Below are positions 23,983 through 37,666 of a stretch of DNA of 64,000 nucleotides, piece by piece. The notes beneath the pieces were generated by a model, which was not told the DNA's origin, ran no database searches, and saw only the letters and a program-made list of their open reading frames with translations. The translations under genes were made by a program, and so were the position numbers. The DNA lies in assembly GCF_001194135.2 (NCBI RefSeq), contig NC_068995.1:14806037-14870036 (forward strand), read 5' to 3'. The stretch comes from Octopus bimaculoides. Its lineage: Eukaryota. The first letter of the stretch is position 1; each line of letters starts with the position of its first letter.

Positions 23983-26900
23983 TACATACAGCCCCCACCT
24001 TTCCCCAGACTTAAAAAAAGTGGAGAGACATCTTTTTTTCCGTCAGATGCCACGACTCTCAGTATCATGACTTGAGCTGGGGGCTTGGTTCTAAAGACGC
24101 CCTTTACTTCAGAAGCTGACGTAGCAATGTATCGATCATTGCGATGTTTTAAAACAGCATCAATGGTAAAGATATTTTCATCTGAAAAGATTTTTGGCTT
24201 TCATTGTATCAGTCGAGTAATATATATTTATTTAACCCATACTAGCATGGAAAAACAGATGCAAAAATGAACTTATTTTATTGTCTCTGAATGAATGGAA
24301 GCCATCCAGTGAAATGTGAAGTTCCCATTTTCTTTCTAATAATGTAAAATATTCATTTACTGTACTTTGAGATCATGCTCCCATTTAAAACAAACATCTT
24401 GATTGCATTTCACACCAGTTCAATTATCAATTAATTAGATAATTAGTTAATATATAAATTGCTTAATTAGTTTGATGAAGCTCATTCATCACAGCCTGTG
24501 ACCTTCTCAATGACAACATGTCTCGTGCACTTTCTCTGTGCTAGTACACACTTGTTTCTCTTTCCTGTTTGCTCTGCAGCAGATTAGATTCCAACCTAAA
24601 GCAAAGAACAAGGAGTGGCTGCCAACACAGAGAAGATGTAAATGAGTCACATGATTATTTTTGTTAGCTCACTATAATGTGAGCTAACAGAATTGATAGA
24701 ACATTGTCTAGAAATGTTTGAGCATTTGTTATATTTCTTGGCTCTTTACATTATGAGTTCAAGTTTCATCAAGGTCATCCTTTCAGGGTTGATTAAATAA
24801 GATGCAAGTTCAGTACAAGGGGTCAATATAATTGACAAACATCTACCACTAAAATTGCTGGCCTTGAGTCAAAACTTGAAACAATTACTATTGATAAAGT
24901 CACAGGCTATGACAAAAGAACTCTAGCAAATTAATTGATATATTAACATTTGAACCAAATTCGATGACTGGCACCCGTGCCAGTGGAGCGCTAGCAGCAC
25001 CATCCAAGCAGGATCATTGCCAGAGCAGTTGTCTGGCTTCCATGCTGGTGGCACGGAAAAAGCACCATTTGAGCATGATCGTTACCAGTGTTGCATTATT
25101 GGCACTTGTGCCGGTGGCATGTGAACAAAACATTTGAGCGAGGTCATTGCCAGTGCTGCTGGACTGACTCCTGTGCAGGTGGCACGTAAAAAACACCATT
25201 TGAGCATGGCCGTTGCCAGTACTGCCTGACTGGCCCTCGTGCCGGTGGCAAGTAAAAGCACCCACTACACTCTCGGAGTGGTTGGCATTAGGAAGGGCAT
25301 CCAGCTGTAGAANNNNNNNNNNCAGTACTGCCTGACTGGCCCTCGTGCCGGTGGCAAGTAAAAGCACCCACTACACTCTCGGAGTGGTTGGCATTAGGAA
25401 GGGCATCCAGCTGTAGAAACTCTGCCAGATCAGATTGGAACCTGGTGCAGCCATCTGGTTCGCCAGTCCTCAGTCAAATCGTCCAACCCATGCTAGCATG
25501 GAAAGCGGATGTTAAACGATGATGATGATGATTAACAAATTATCAAATTAATTGATAATTAAACTGAAGTGAAATAAAACCAGTGTGTCATCATGACCCT
25601 CCTAAAGTATAAAAAAATATGTTTCAACAAATGATTTCACACCAAAAATCTTGCAAAATAAACACAGAAAAAAAAAAAAATGAAATACTCATTTGTTTTT
25701 GCTCTATTTATTAATTCATGTCTATATCAAATCATGACATTATCTCTTGAATCATTCAACAACAAAGGGTTTAGGAATCTGTAATCGTTGTTTATGAGTC
25801 AAAAAAAAAACATTTTGAAAGACTGTAAATATTGATAACATATTTTGCAGGAAATTTCCAAAAGGTGTTATGACCAGAGGTAGATATTACTGGAAATGGT
25901 AAATTTACCAAAGCATGCATCATAAAGGGAACTGAATTTTTCTGTCCTCTGCAGAGAAATATTACAATAGTTTGCAACAGCTAGTCTTATGATAAAAACT
26001 GGTGAGATAATGGGAATAAAAGAAAAATATAGACTGGAGGTGGTCAGTGTCATTACACAAGCACATATCTTGCATTTGTTTTCATAGTGAAATACATTCT
26101 TTTATTCTTTTACATGTTTCAACTCTAAGGCTGTGGCCATGCTGGATGTATAAATTAATTTAAAACTCAACTAACTAAAAGTGATTTTATTTATAATATA
26201 GGGTTGTCAAATAAATTCAGTTCTTTTTTCTTTCACCATATATTTTAAATTTTCCCAATATTTGAATTAACACGAAAAATATTTTAATCATAGTGTTTTT
26301 CTTTTGTTTTCTTTTTGTAGCTTTATTCCTCCTCTATGACTTTTGTTTATTGTTTTTGAGATTTGAATACAATTTACCTCTTTTGAGACACATGACGATG
26401 GAATGCCAACTAGAAAGAAAAAAGAATGAATGAATTTATCTCACAACCCAGTAATTATGCTGTTGCAGTATTATGCTATGTGGAGGTGCATGGCTTAGTG
26501 GTTAGGGTGTTGAACTCATGATTGTAAAATTGTGGTTTCGATTCCTGAACCAGGCAATGCATTGTGTTCTTGAGCAAAACACTTCATTTCACATCACTCC
26601 AGTCCATTCAGCTGGCCAAAACGAGTAATCCTGTGATGGACTGGCATCCTGTCCAGGTAGGAATACATACGCCAAACAAACCAGCTCTATGCTCCTTACT
26701 GACTTCTATCATCATATAATCTGGTCACAAATTGTTTCCAAATTTAATAATTCACCTTCAGAATCAAGGGTTAATTTTTTTGTTACCATATATCTGTAGA
26801 AATACACTGTCTTTATTGCAAATAATTGTCAAAATAATGAAGAAATAACTTAGTCGTTGTTAAGTTTGTGTGAACTGACAGAATTTATAAACACACCAAG

Positions 26901-27825
26901 CAAAATACTTAACAACATTTCTTATCTTTCAGCTCGGAGTTCAAATTCTGCTAAGGTTGAGTTTCTCTTTCATCCTTTCTGGGTTGATAAAATAAAATAT
27001 CAGTTAAATACTGGGGTCAATATGATTTGACTTACCCCTTCCCTCAGAATTACTGACCTTGAGTCAAAATTAAAAATTAAAAAATTATTAAGCTGGTGCT
27101 TGAAACAAATTTACGTGAAATTTTGATGAAAGGTTAAAATTTAGATCACTTTAAAAGGGGAGGTTTATATCACAGAACTGGGGTCAGTTTCATGCAGGTT
27201 CAAACCAAAAGGGTTAAATTAGGTTGAAGTATGAGACTTTTCTTCAAAGCAGAATTAACAATAAGTAAGGGGGACAAAAAGATTATGTCATATTGAAGCC
27301 TTTCTCCAGAGGAGTGAGGGTGGAATACATGAAGAAAAGTGACTTCAGCCAAGAGTCAAAACTTTCCTTAGTAGATTAGTCTACATTATTCCATAAGGGG
27401 TACAGGTTCAGTTTTTGATGCCTTCAGATACTGTCCCCAAGGAATCATAGTATTATTATTATTATATACTGCATGGAAAGGAGAGTATCCCTTCACAGAC
27501 ACACCCTCTTATACATACATGCAGTATTTCACCTCTTATCTCCCCTAATTCTTCCCCATAGAAGTGCATTTCAACCTGGCCCCTAAATTTTCTTTTGCTT
27601 CTTCCCTTATTTCCACCACCTTTCTCCTATGGCAGCAGTCTGGATACTTATTGATCAGACCACATATAGGCACAGGCATGACTGTGTGGTGAGAAGCTTG
27701 CTTCCCAACCACATGGTTCTGAGTTCAGTCCCACTGTGTGGTACCTTGGGCAAGTGTCTTCTGTTATAGCTTCGGGCTGATCAATTGTGAGTGGATTTGG
27801 TAACTGGAAACTGAAAGAAGCCTGT

Positions 27826-27865
<40 letters not shown>

Positions 27866-29037
27866 CATGTGTGTGTGTGTGTGTGTGTGTGCGTGCGTGT
27901 GTGCGTGCACACACGTCTTTGTGTCTATGTTAGTCCACAATGACCGCTCAACAACCAGTGTTGATGTATTTATGTCCCCGTGACTTAGCAGTTTTGACAA
28001 AAGAGCTCAATGGAATAAGTACCAGGCTTATTAAAAAAATAAGTACTGGGGTCGATTCATTCAACTGAAAAGACTCTTCAAGGTGGTGCCCCAGCATGGC
28101 CGCAGTCTAATGACTGAAACAAATAAAAAACACAAGATAAACATATATCCAAAATAGAGCTTTTGATCCAAATTTCCTGCACAATGTATTTAATATACTA
28201 TTTACCTATTGGCCTACACTTAATAAGGTTCGTCATTTAACTCAAACATAAAGAATGGACTCAGTAATAACATGTGAATATGAAAGTGTTTGAATATTGA
28301 CCCTTTATTGACCTATTCACCCTTTAGCCTTCAGATTACTCTGTCAAATGTAATGCCTATTTAATCACATTCTTCTGAATTAATCATGCATTATCTTGTA
28401 GCTTTGAGATTTTGATGAGGTGATTGTTTATATCTAGAATGATATTATAGGGTATGTGTGAGAGGTTGGATCTGGCCAGTTTCAACATAAAACAAGTAGA
28501 ACATTTGGGCCAAATATGGCCAGTTTAAATGCTAAAGGGTTAATTTTCTTTTATAAACTTCTTTAATGCTGGTTAGTGATTATCTCCTATCCTCTTTAGC
28601 ATTGATTAGATGAGGGACATATTTCTTTTCAGATATGATTCCAGTTTATCACAGTTAATTTTAAAATGAATGCAGCTTCCAAGTCAACAAAGGAGCCTAT
28701 AGTGGTCATTCAACCTGCTAGAAATAGTTACCAAATAGCCCTCAAATTACATGATAGCATCTTACATATATAAAAAAAACAGTGTGATGGGGAGCATATT
28801 GAATAATGTGGTTCATTGTTCATTTTACCTAAGAAACAGTCTTGGTGGTCATGGCTAGATTAATTTTCATCAGAGGTAAACAACAATGATAACAAATAAC
28901 AACAACAGAAGGTGCTGCTTTTGGCAGTGATCTAACAATAACATCTCCATAGTAACTACTGCAACAGAGGTGAACTGGATACAATATCATTGACCACAGA
29001 GGAAGTCCTGACCTTCTAACTGTATTCTCAACACACT

Positions 29038-29077
<40 letters not shown>

Positions 29078-29240
29078 GGCACAGGCTTTACTCTGTGGTT
29101 AAGAAGTTTGTTTCGCAACCATATGGGCTTTGGGTTCAGTCTCCCTGTGTGCCACCTCGAGAAAATGGCTTCTGACATAGTGTCAGGTCAACCAAGGCTT
29201 TGTGAATGAATTTAATAGACAGAAACTGTAAAAAGCCTAT

Positions 29241-29275
<35 letters not shown>

Positions 29276-29568
29276 GTGTGTATGTGTGCATGTGTGTGTG
29301 TGTGCTTGTGTGCATGTGTGTGTGTGTGTGTGTGCATGCACACATTTGTGTATGTGTGTGTGCGTGCATGTCTACATCTGTGTGTAAGTGTATGTGTGTG
29401 TATGTGTGTAAGTGTCTGTGTGTGTGTATGTGTGAAATATATTTCTTTAAAAAACCCTTAACTGAAAAAACAGGTGAGAGCCAGCAACAGGAAAAGCCTT
29501 CCAGGTGTTAAATGTTGCCTTGAAATCAATTCCTGTTCAATCCATGCTAGCATGGAAAAATGGACCTT

Positions 29569-29607
<39 letters not shown>

Positions 29608-30122
29608 TGCACATATGCACACATGCATATACATACATGCACACAACAAGAAATTGGAAGATATAATATAAAAATGTAACTGATATGTATATAAAATTAT
29701 GTTACATTTAAAGAGAAAATGGAAACAATTTCAGTTATCCTTTTTGCTGTTCAAAAGGTATTTGGCCNNNNNNNNNNNNNNNNNNNNNNNNNNNNNNNNN
29801 NNNNNNNNNNNNNNNNNNNNNNNNNNNNNNNNNNNNNNNNNNNNNNNNNNNNNNNNNNNNNNNNNNNNNNNNNNNNNNNNNNNNNNNNNNNNNNNNNNNN
29901 NNNNNNNNNNNNNNNNNNNNNNNNNNNNNNNNNNNNNNNNNNNNNNNNNNNNNNNNNNNNNNNNNNNNNNNNNNNNNNNNNNNNNNNNNNNNNNNNNNNN
30001 NNNNNNNNNNNNNNNNNNNNNNNNNNNNNNNNNNNNNNNNNNNNNNNNNNNNNNNNNNNNNNNNNNNNNNNNNNNNNNNNNNNNNNNNNNNNNNNNNNNN
30101 NNNNNNGAAAATGGAAACAATT

Positions 30123-30457
30123 TCAGTTATCCTTTTTGCTGTTCAAAAGGTATTTGGCCTCTTCTTTCGTTGCTGTAGATGCCTTGGAATCGATGTTATT
30201 TATCACAACACCATTCCATATGCAGAAGGCTATGAAAACAACAAGAAATACCATCAATAGAGTCACGAAAAAAGGAATAAATGTCCCTCCTACACTGAAG
30301 CAATTCATTAAGAACAAGAAGACAGTACTGAATATTGCCAATAAAATCCAAATTATTCTGTCTGAAAACAATTTGGATGCATTTTTGTCCATTTCGTTGA
30401 TCATTGTCTGAAGATGGTCTGAAAGAAGTGCAGCATCTCTGGCTGGACATGCTTGAG
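30123..30457 (-). CDS. SMPD2: Copy 2 exon 8 (complete last exon): QACPARDAALLSDHLQTMINEMDKNASK...NSKKDN*
   Basis: 335 bp, ttttcag acceptor, phase 1, two hydrophobic helices. Confidence 0.9.
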
Positions 30458-33400
30458 CTGAAAATGAAAAGAATTATGTTAAATTTTGAATGAAGATAAG
30501 AGGGTTACATTTAAGTATAACAACCAGGTTCTAGGCTTATTGGAAAGACAAAATGGAGTGTTGCAACATTTGCAATGTTTCTGTTTTAGGTAAAACTCAA
30601 AGGCTTTTAGCTCTTTAGCATTCGGATTATCCTGTCAAATATAAAGCTTATTTATTCACATTTTGAATTAATCCTGCATTATCTCGTAGCTTCAAGATTT
30701 CAATGATGTGGCCATTCTATTCTTTTAATCTTTTACTAATTTCAGTCATTTGACTGTAGCCATGCTGGGGCACCGCCTTAAAGGGTTTTTTAGAAATCTA
30801 CCCCAGGACTTATTCTTTGTAAACCTAGTACTTATTCTATCAGTCTCTTTTGCCATACTGCTAAGTTACGGGAACATAAACACACCAANNNNNNNNNNCA
30901 TATAACAGGTGGAATATTTAGGCCAGACATAGCCACTTTAAATGCCAATGGGTTAAAGAGACAAAGCTGAGTTTATACCATCATGTTTTGAGTAGGACCC
31001 CCAGGTCATAAGTTTATTAGAAAGCCAAAATGAGGTAATAGAAGCATTCAGGTTTTGAGCAAAACTCAAAGGGTCTGTATTTATTAGAGAAACAAAATGA
31101 AATATTCATGTTTTTCACAAGGGACATTAGGAGCGTAAGTAGAATTTCCTCTAAGAATTGAAATTAATTTACTAGTACAACTTACTGAAGCCATTTTTTG
31201 CAATTTTACAAAGAATGCCTCATGAGGATTGCACCAGCCAGGTACAAAGTGCAGTAGGTAAAGTGAAAGCCAACAGTGACTTCAGTAAGGAATTCAGAGA
31301 GTTGGATTCCATCTAAGCTTATAGACATGATCTAAGCTTATGGACATGATATGGGTATGTGATGTGATGTGTATGGTCGAGGGCAGCTATACAAAGGAAT
31401 GCCTATCACTTAATGTGTTTGGAGCTTGCAGAAGTGGGAAGATATCTGATGAAGTAGTGAAAGCTGCTCTCAGAATCCTGAGCCTCAGGGAGGTGATGAC
31501 AAATCACATGTAGCCATAAAAGATGAGACTGTCATGCCTGGAATGCTTTTCATCATAAGGTCTGTTTGATGAGGGCTGATCTAAGGGGTGACGGTTAAAA
31601 AGCAAAAACATTGTTTTCTTCTCTTTTGATATTAGACTAAAATGAAATTTGCCTGAATTAAATGCTTTTTGAATTATTCTCACCTGTAGGNNNNNNNNNN
31701 NNNNNNNNNNNNNNNNNNNNNNNNNNNNNNNNNNNNNNNNNNNNNNNNNNNNNNNNNNNNNNNNNNNNNNNNNNNNNNNNNNNNNNNNNNNNNNNNNNNN
31801 NNNNNNNNNNNNNNNNNNNNNNNNNNNNNNNNNNNNNNNNNNNNNNNNNNNNNNNNNNNNNNNNNNNNNNNNNNNNNNNNNNNNNNNNNNNNNNNNNNNN
31901 NNNNNNNNNNNNNNNNNNNNNNNNNNNNNNNNNNNNNNNNNNNNNNNNNNNTGGGAATCTTTCCAAAGACCCTTTCGTAATGATCAACAGTTACTTTTGT
32001 ACCTAAAACAAAGTAATATTGCTCGTTAGCTTTCTGTGTCTTTTTTAAAAATTTAATTATTTATTTATTAATTTTTATAGTTCAGACTAGAGTGAGAGAA
32101 GCAATTTGCTATCAGTTCTAGTTTGGATAATTACAAAAAGAAAGAAAGAGAGAAAGAAAGAAAGAAAGAACGAAAGAAAGAACAAAAGAAAGAAAGAAAG
32201 GAAAGAAGGAAGGAAGGAAGGAAGGAAGGAAGGAAGTATCACACTATTATGCGTACCAGAAATCTTGGTCAGTGATCATAATGAATAAAGAATTCATTTG
32301 GGTTGTAAGAATTGACAACAGCATTGTATGAAATGGTAAAACAAATAAATAAATAGTAATAGTAATAACAATAATAATTTATATTTCTAACATATGCATA
32401 GGGTCTGAAATTTAGTGGCAAAGAACGTTGACCACGGCAAGATTTGAACTCAGAATCTAAAGAGCTGGAACAAAGTCTGGCAATTTGTCTGATGTTCTAA
32501 GGATTTTACCAAACATCATCATCATCATCATCATCATTATCGTCATTATTTATCATCCATTTTCCATGCTGACATGGGTTGGACAGTTTAACAGGAGCTG
32601 GCAGGCCAACTCCACTGGGTGGTTTTGGCCCTTCAAAATGCTAACCACCTTGCAGAGTGGACTGAGTGCTTTTTATGTGCTACCAGCACAGGTGAGGTCT
32701 GTTTTCGTATAGGTTATATGGCTGGATGCCCTTCCTAATGCTAACCACTTTACAGAATGGCTTGGGTGTTTTTTACGTGGCACCAAAACTGGTATGGTTT
32801 GCTTTGGCACAGTTTTTACAGCTGGATGCCCTTCCAAACACAAACCACTTTACAGTATTGACTGGACCACCCAAAATAATACTTTTCTAAATTAGGCACA
32901 AGGCATTTTGTCCATCTTCAGGTTCTGAGTCCAAATTCTACTGAGGTCAACTTTGCTGTTCATCCATTTTGGAGTCAATAAAACAAGTACCACTTGAACA
33001 TTGAGGCTGATGTAATCAACTTCCTCAATGCCCTCAAAAATTGCTGGCCTTGTGCCAAAATAAGAAATGATTATTATTATCATTATTATTGAGTGAAAGA
33101 GCAGTGCATGCCATCAAAATGACACTTGGGTAAAATATACAAAGCCCAGTGTACCCATCATGACTACCCATCTGATAAGGGTACACCAGGCACATGCATC
33201 AACAACCACATGTGTGTGACATGGTGATCTCATATCAAGATAAACTGCACATGACCTTGCAGGTGAGGGGGCCCAGTTAGAATTTTCTTCAGGTCGAGTA
33301 GCCCATTCTGCTCAAAAGGTCCCTGAATAAGGGTTGTTTAAGGATGTTGAACAAAACACCCATGTTTTCAGATGTGAATTATTCAAACCCCAAAGAATTC

Positions 33401-33627
33401 CTCTCAACACATGGCAATGATGCTCCCCCACTACTTCTGCTCATGATCAGAGATGCACATATCGTCAGCCATCAAGGGACATGCCCAACTGGTTAAGGTC
33501 AAGCAACTGACAAGCAAATATGTGGTACTAAGCAGAATATTTTCTGTAGCCCATCTTTTATACCAAGACAAAACAATATACATGACAACACTTCCAATCA
33601 GTTAAGATCAGAAGTCATGAAAGCCAC

Positions 33628-33678
<51 letters not shown>

Positions 33679-34288
33679 GGTGGTGAGCTGGCAGAATTGT
33701 TAGCACGCTGGATGAAATGCTTAGTGTCCTGAGTTCAAATTCTGCAGATGTCGACTTTGCCTTCCATCCTTTCAGGGTCAATAAATTAAGTACCAGTTGC
33801 ATACTGGGGTCCATGTAATCAACTGTCCTCCTCACCCGCCCAAACTTCAGGCCTCGTGCCTATAGTAGAAAGGATTAGTATTATTATCATTATTATTACT
33901 AAGGTGACGGGCTTGCAGAAACGTTAGCATACTGAATGGAAAACGGACGTTAAACGATGATGATGATGATGATGATGATTTAAAATTAATTAAAAGAAAC
34001 ACAGAGCATCTCAACAGAAATATGGTAACAAAAGGGTTAACATCCGTTTTCCATGTTGTCATGGGTTGAATGGTTTGACTAGAGTTGGCCAGCCGGAGAG
34101 CTGCACCAGGCTCCGGCTGTCTGCTTTGGCATGGTTTCTATGGCTGGATTCCTTTCACAACACCAACCACTTGTACCAGAATGTACCAGGTTCTTTTTAC
34201 ATGGCACCAGCACAGGTGCTTTTGAGAGACAGTGACATGGGTGCTTTTACGTGGCACCATCCCAGGTGCTTTTATGTGGCACTGGTGG

Positions 34289-34332
<44 letters not shown>

Positions 34333-34384
34333 CAGTAGTAGTGGTAGTGGTGGTGGTGGTGGTGGCAGCAGCAGCAGCAGTAGC

Positions 34385-34430
<46 letters not shown>

Positions 34431-35199
34431 CCTGAATTAGCTCTGAACAACAGATAATCGATCCTTTTGCCATCTGGAAATTTCAGTTTTGTCGCAGAAT
34501 CTGTGTAAGAGTTGTCAGGACATTCACAGGTATTACCTAATTTATCATCCACGATATTTTTCTGTGAAAGATAAAAAAATAAAATAAACATAAACAACAT
34601 TACAACATATAATATTGGTTTCAAATCTTGGCCATCAAGGCCATCAAAAGTCAGGGAGGAACAGGTCAATTGCATCAATCCCAGAGCTCAACAGGTACTT
34701 TGATCGGCCCGAGGTTATATTAAAAGACACTTGCCCAAGATGCCACGCAGTGGGACTGAACCTGGAACCATGTGGTTGGTAAGCTAGCTACTTACCACAC
34801 AGCCACTCCTGTACCTATGAAATGTAAACCTTGTATCTTTATTATCACATTACAACACCTGATTTTCCAATTTTCCCTAGCATATCAACACTTCAAAATC
34901 ATAAAGCCATTAATACATTTTCATCTATTTCTAGATTGTTTTGGAAAATATTCAACTCAATTGTATTCTCCATAATCCAGATTACATTCCCAATATGCCT
35001 AAAGCTATAAAGTGAAGTTTTCTGAAATTGAACAAAGACGCAGGAGTGGCTGTGTGGTAAGTAGCTTGCTTACCAACCACATGGTTCTGGGTTCAGTCCC
35101 ACTGCGTGGCACTTTGGGCAAGTGTCTTCTACTAGAGCCTCAGGCCAACCAAAGCCTTGTGAGTGGATTTGGTAGACGGAAACTGAAAGAAGCCCGTCG

Positions 35200-35230
<31 letters not shown>

Positions 35231-36100
35231 GTTTGTGTGTCTGTGTTTTTCCCCCCAACATCGCTTGACAACCGATGCTGGTGTGTTTACGTCCCCGTAA
35301 CTTAGTGGTTCAGCAAAAGAGACCAATAGAATAAGTACTAGGCTTACAAAGAATAAGTCCTGGGGTTGATATGCTCGACTAAAGGCCGTGCTCCAGCATG
35401 GCCGCAGTCAAATGACTGAAACAAGTAAAAGAGTAAAAGAGGGGTTTTCTGACTCTGTATTTTTTTTTCATTATTATCTAATTTATTTTTGGATGCCTTC
35501 TTCTATTCCATTTCCTATCTAGAAGTGAGTTCCATGAATATGGGTAGTATAGTTCACAAGAAAAAACAGACAGTGCTATGGCTTTACAGTCTTGAAGAGC
35601 AGTTTATGTTTTCACTTGGCTTGACAAGTCTTCTCAAGCACAGCATATTGCCAAAGGTCTCTGTCGATTACCATTGCCTCCGTGAGGCCCCATGTTCAAA
35701 GGGTGGTTTTTACATGCCACCAGCACAGGTGCCTGTTATGTGACACCAGCATTGATCACAACTATGGTTTGTACCCGTAAGTCAAAGAGTCAGCCATGTC
35801 AGATTCTGAGTCATACTGAATCACCTTGAGAACTATATTAAGGGTATGCATATCTGTGGAGTGCATATAATCATATACATATACATACATACATACATAC
35901 ATACATACGATTGACCGTTGACTGAACACTATTCAATTTTTTTTCTCCGTGTTTTTCTCCTTGTCTCCGTATTCTTTCTGTTGAAGAGCGTAGCTCGAAA
36001 CGTCAAAGACTTTCCGTATTCCCGAGCGTCATACTAATATATACTTTTGTTATTTACACCACCTGTCCTCGTCTGTTGTTGTTTTTTCGTATATTCTCCC

Positions 36101-36135
<35 letters not shown>

Positions 36136-37612
36136 TAGATAGATAGATAGATAGATAGATATACATACATATATGATGATGATGATGATGATATATACAC
36201 ATATACATACATATATTCACACACACATATATCTATACACAAGTTTCCACATAATCGCTGTCTATCAAATTCATTGGTTGGTCTCGTGTTATACTAGATG
36301 ACATTTGTCCAAGGTATCATGCATTAGTACTGACCCCAAAACCACATGGTTGCTCTGCAATCATATGGTTTTGAGGTCAGGCACACTCATATCTAAAAAA
36401 ACAGCAACAAAAAATAGAAGAAAAAGAAGAAAAAAACGATGCCAAGAAGTAAATTTTCCAAACTGTTATAAATTTCGTAATTCCAAATGGAAACACAAAT
36501 TTTACTGACCTTTTTCAACCACGCATCATTTAACATGGCATTGGTAGTAAGGATTTTGTAACTGAGGGAATTTGATTCCATATTACAGTCTCCGCCAACA
36601 AAGACAACATCACATTTCTCTGAAGTCTGTTTTATAAACTGGCTAAGTTGAAATGACTGGATCAAGCGATGGGTGAAATATTCGTCATTAACATCACTAT
36701 ACTCTGCATGGATCTGAAACAAAATACAAAGGGATCAGACAGCATATTTATTTTAAAAAATGATTATTATAATAATTCCACGCACCAAACCTCATGGAAT
36801 CCTTTGTCGAAAGCAGTATCGGCCAACTAGCTTCCCTAGGGCTTTGACTATTCGGCATCATAAAACACCTTTGACTCTGGAAACCTTCGGTTAGTAAATT
36901 AATACGAGAAGACTTGTCAACTATCAGTGTTTTCGTAATCAATTTGAAAATCCATTGCACTGGTGATTAGCCCATTCAACTTGGCCAGCTTTACCTGTTT
37001 CCATCTATCACGACGAGGACGAGGGGTTGTACATTTTACTTCTCAAAGCCCTTGATTTCACTTGCTCCAGTAGATACTGTAAAGGCAGACAACAACCTGT
37101 TGTCAAAGGTCACATGATACTTAACATCCAAGCACCAGTCTCATAATCTTCACTGTCCCAATAAAGCAGTTTTCTGACCATGTTCTACCCTTATGTCAAT
37201 CCTAATTTCTCCATTGAATTTCTCAAATCTGGTTGTTAATGCTACCACTGCCCCTACAACTACTGGAATGGTTATTACTTTCTTCATTGCCCACATTCAT
37301 GCAATTTTATCTTGTGGTTAGTTCTTCTCACTCTTTTCCTGTTCTTTATCATCCATTTATAAATCTCCAGATATGGCAATATCTATGATCTTCATTTCCT
37401 TCATCATCTTATCAATAACAATGTCTGGTCTCTAAGCAGCAATCACTGCATCACAATGGACTGTAAAATCCCACAAGATCTTATACTCATTATTCTCAGT
37501 GACACCTTCTAGTTTATGCTTGTACCATTTCAATGTCCTTTCAAGAACATACTTCTCACACAATCACCAATGAACATACCTGGCTATGTTATCATGTTTT
37601 CTTTTTTATTCC

Positions 37613-37666
<54 letters not shown>

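Noticed and set aside
25210-25420. ~100 bp exact direct repeat
   Set aside because: It straddles a 10-N gap; assembly artefact.
29690-30160. Apparent duplicated last-exon 3' end
   Set aside because: Identical sequence on both sides of an N gap: overlapping contig ends.
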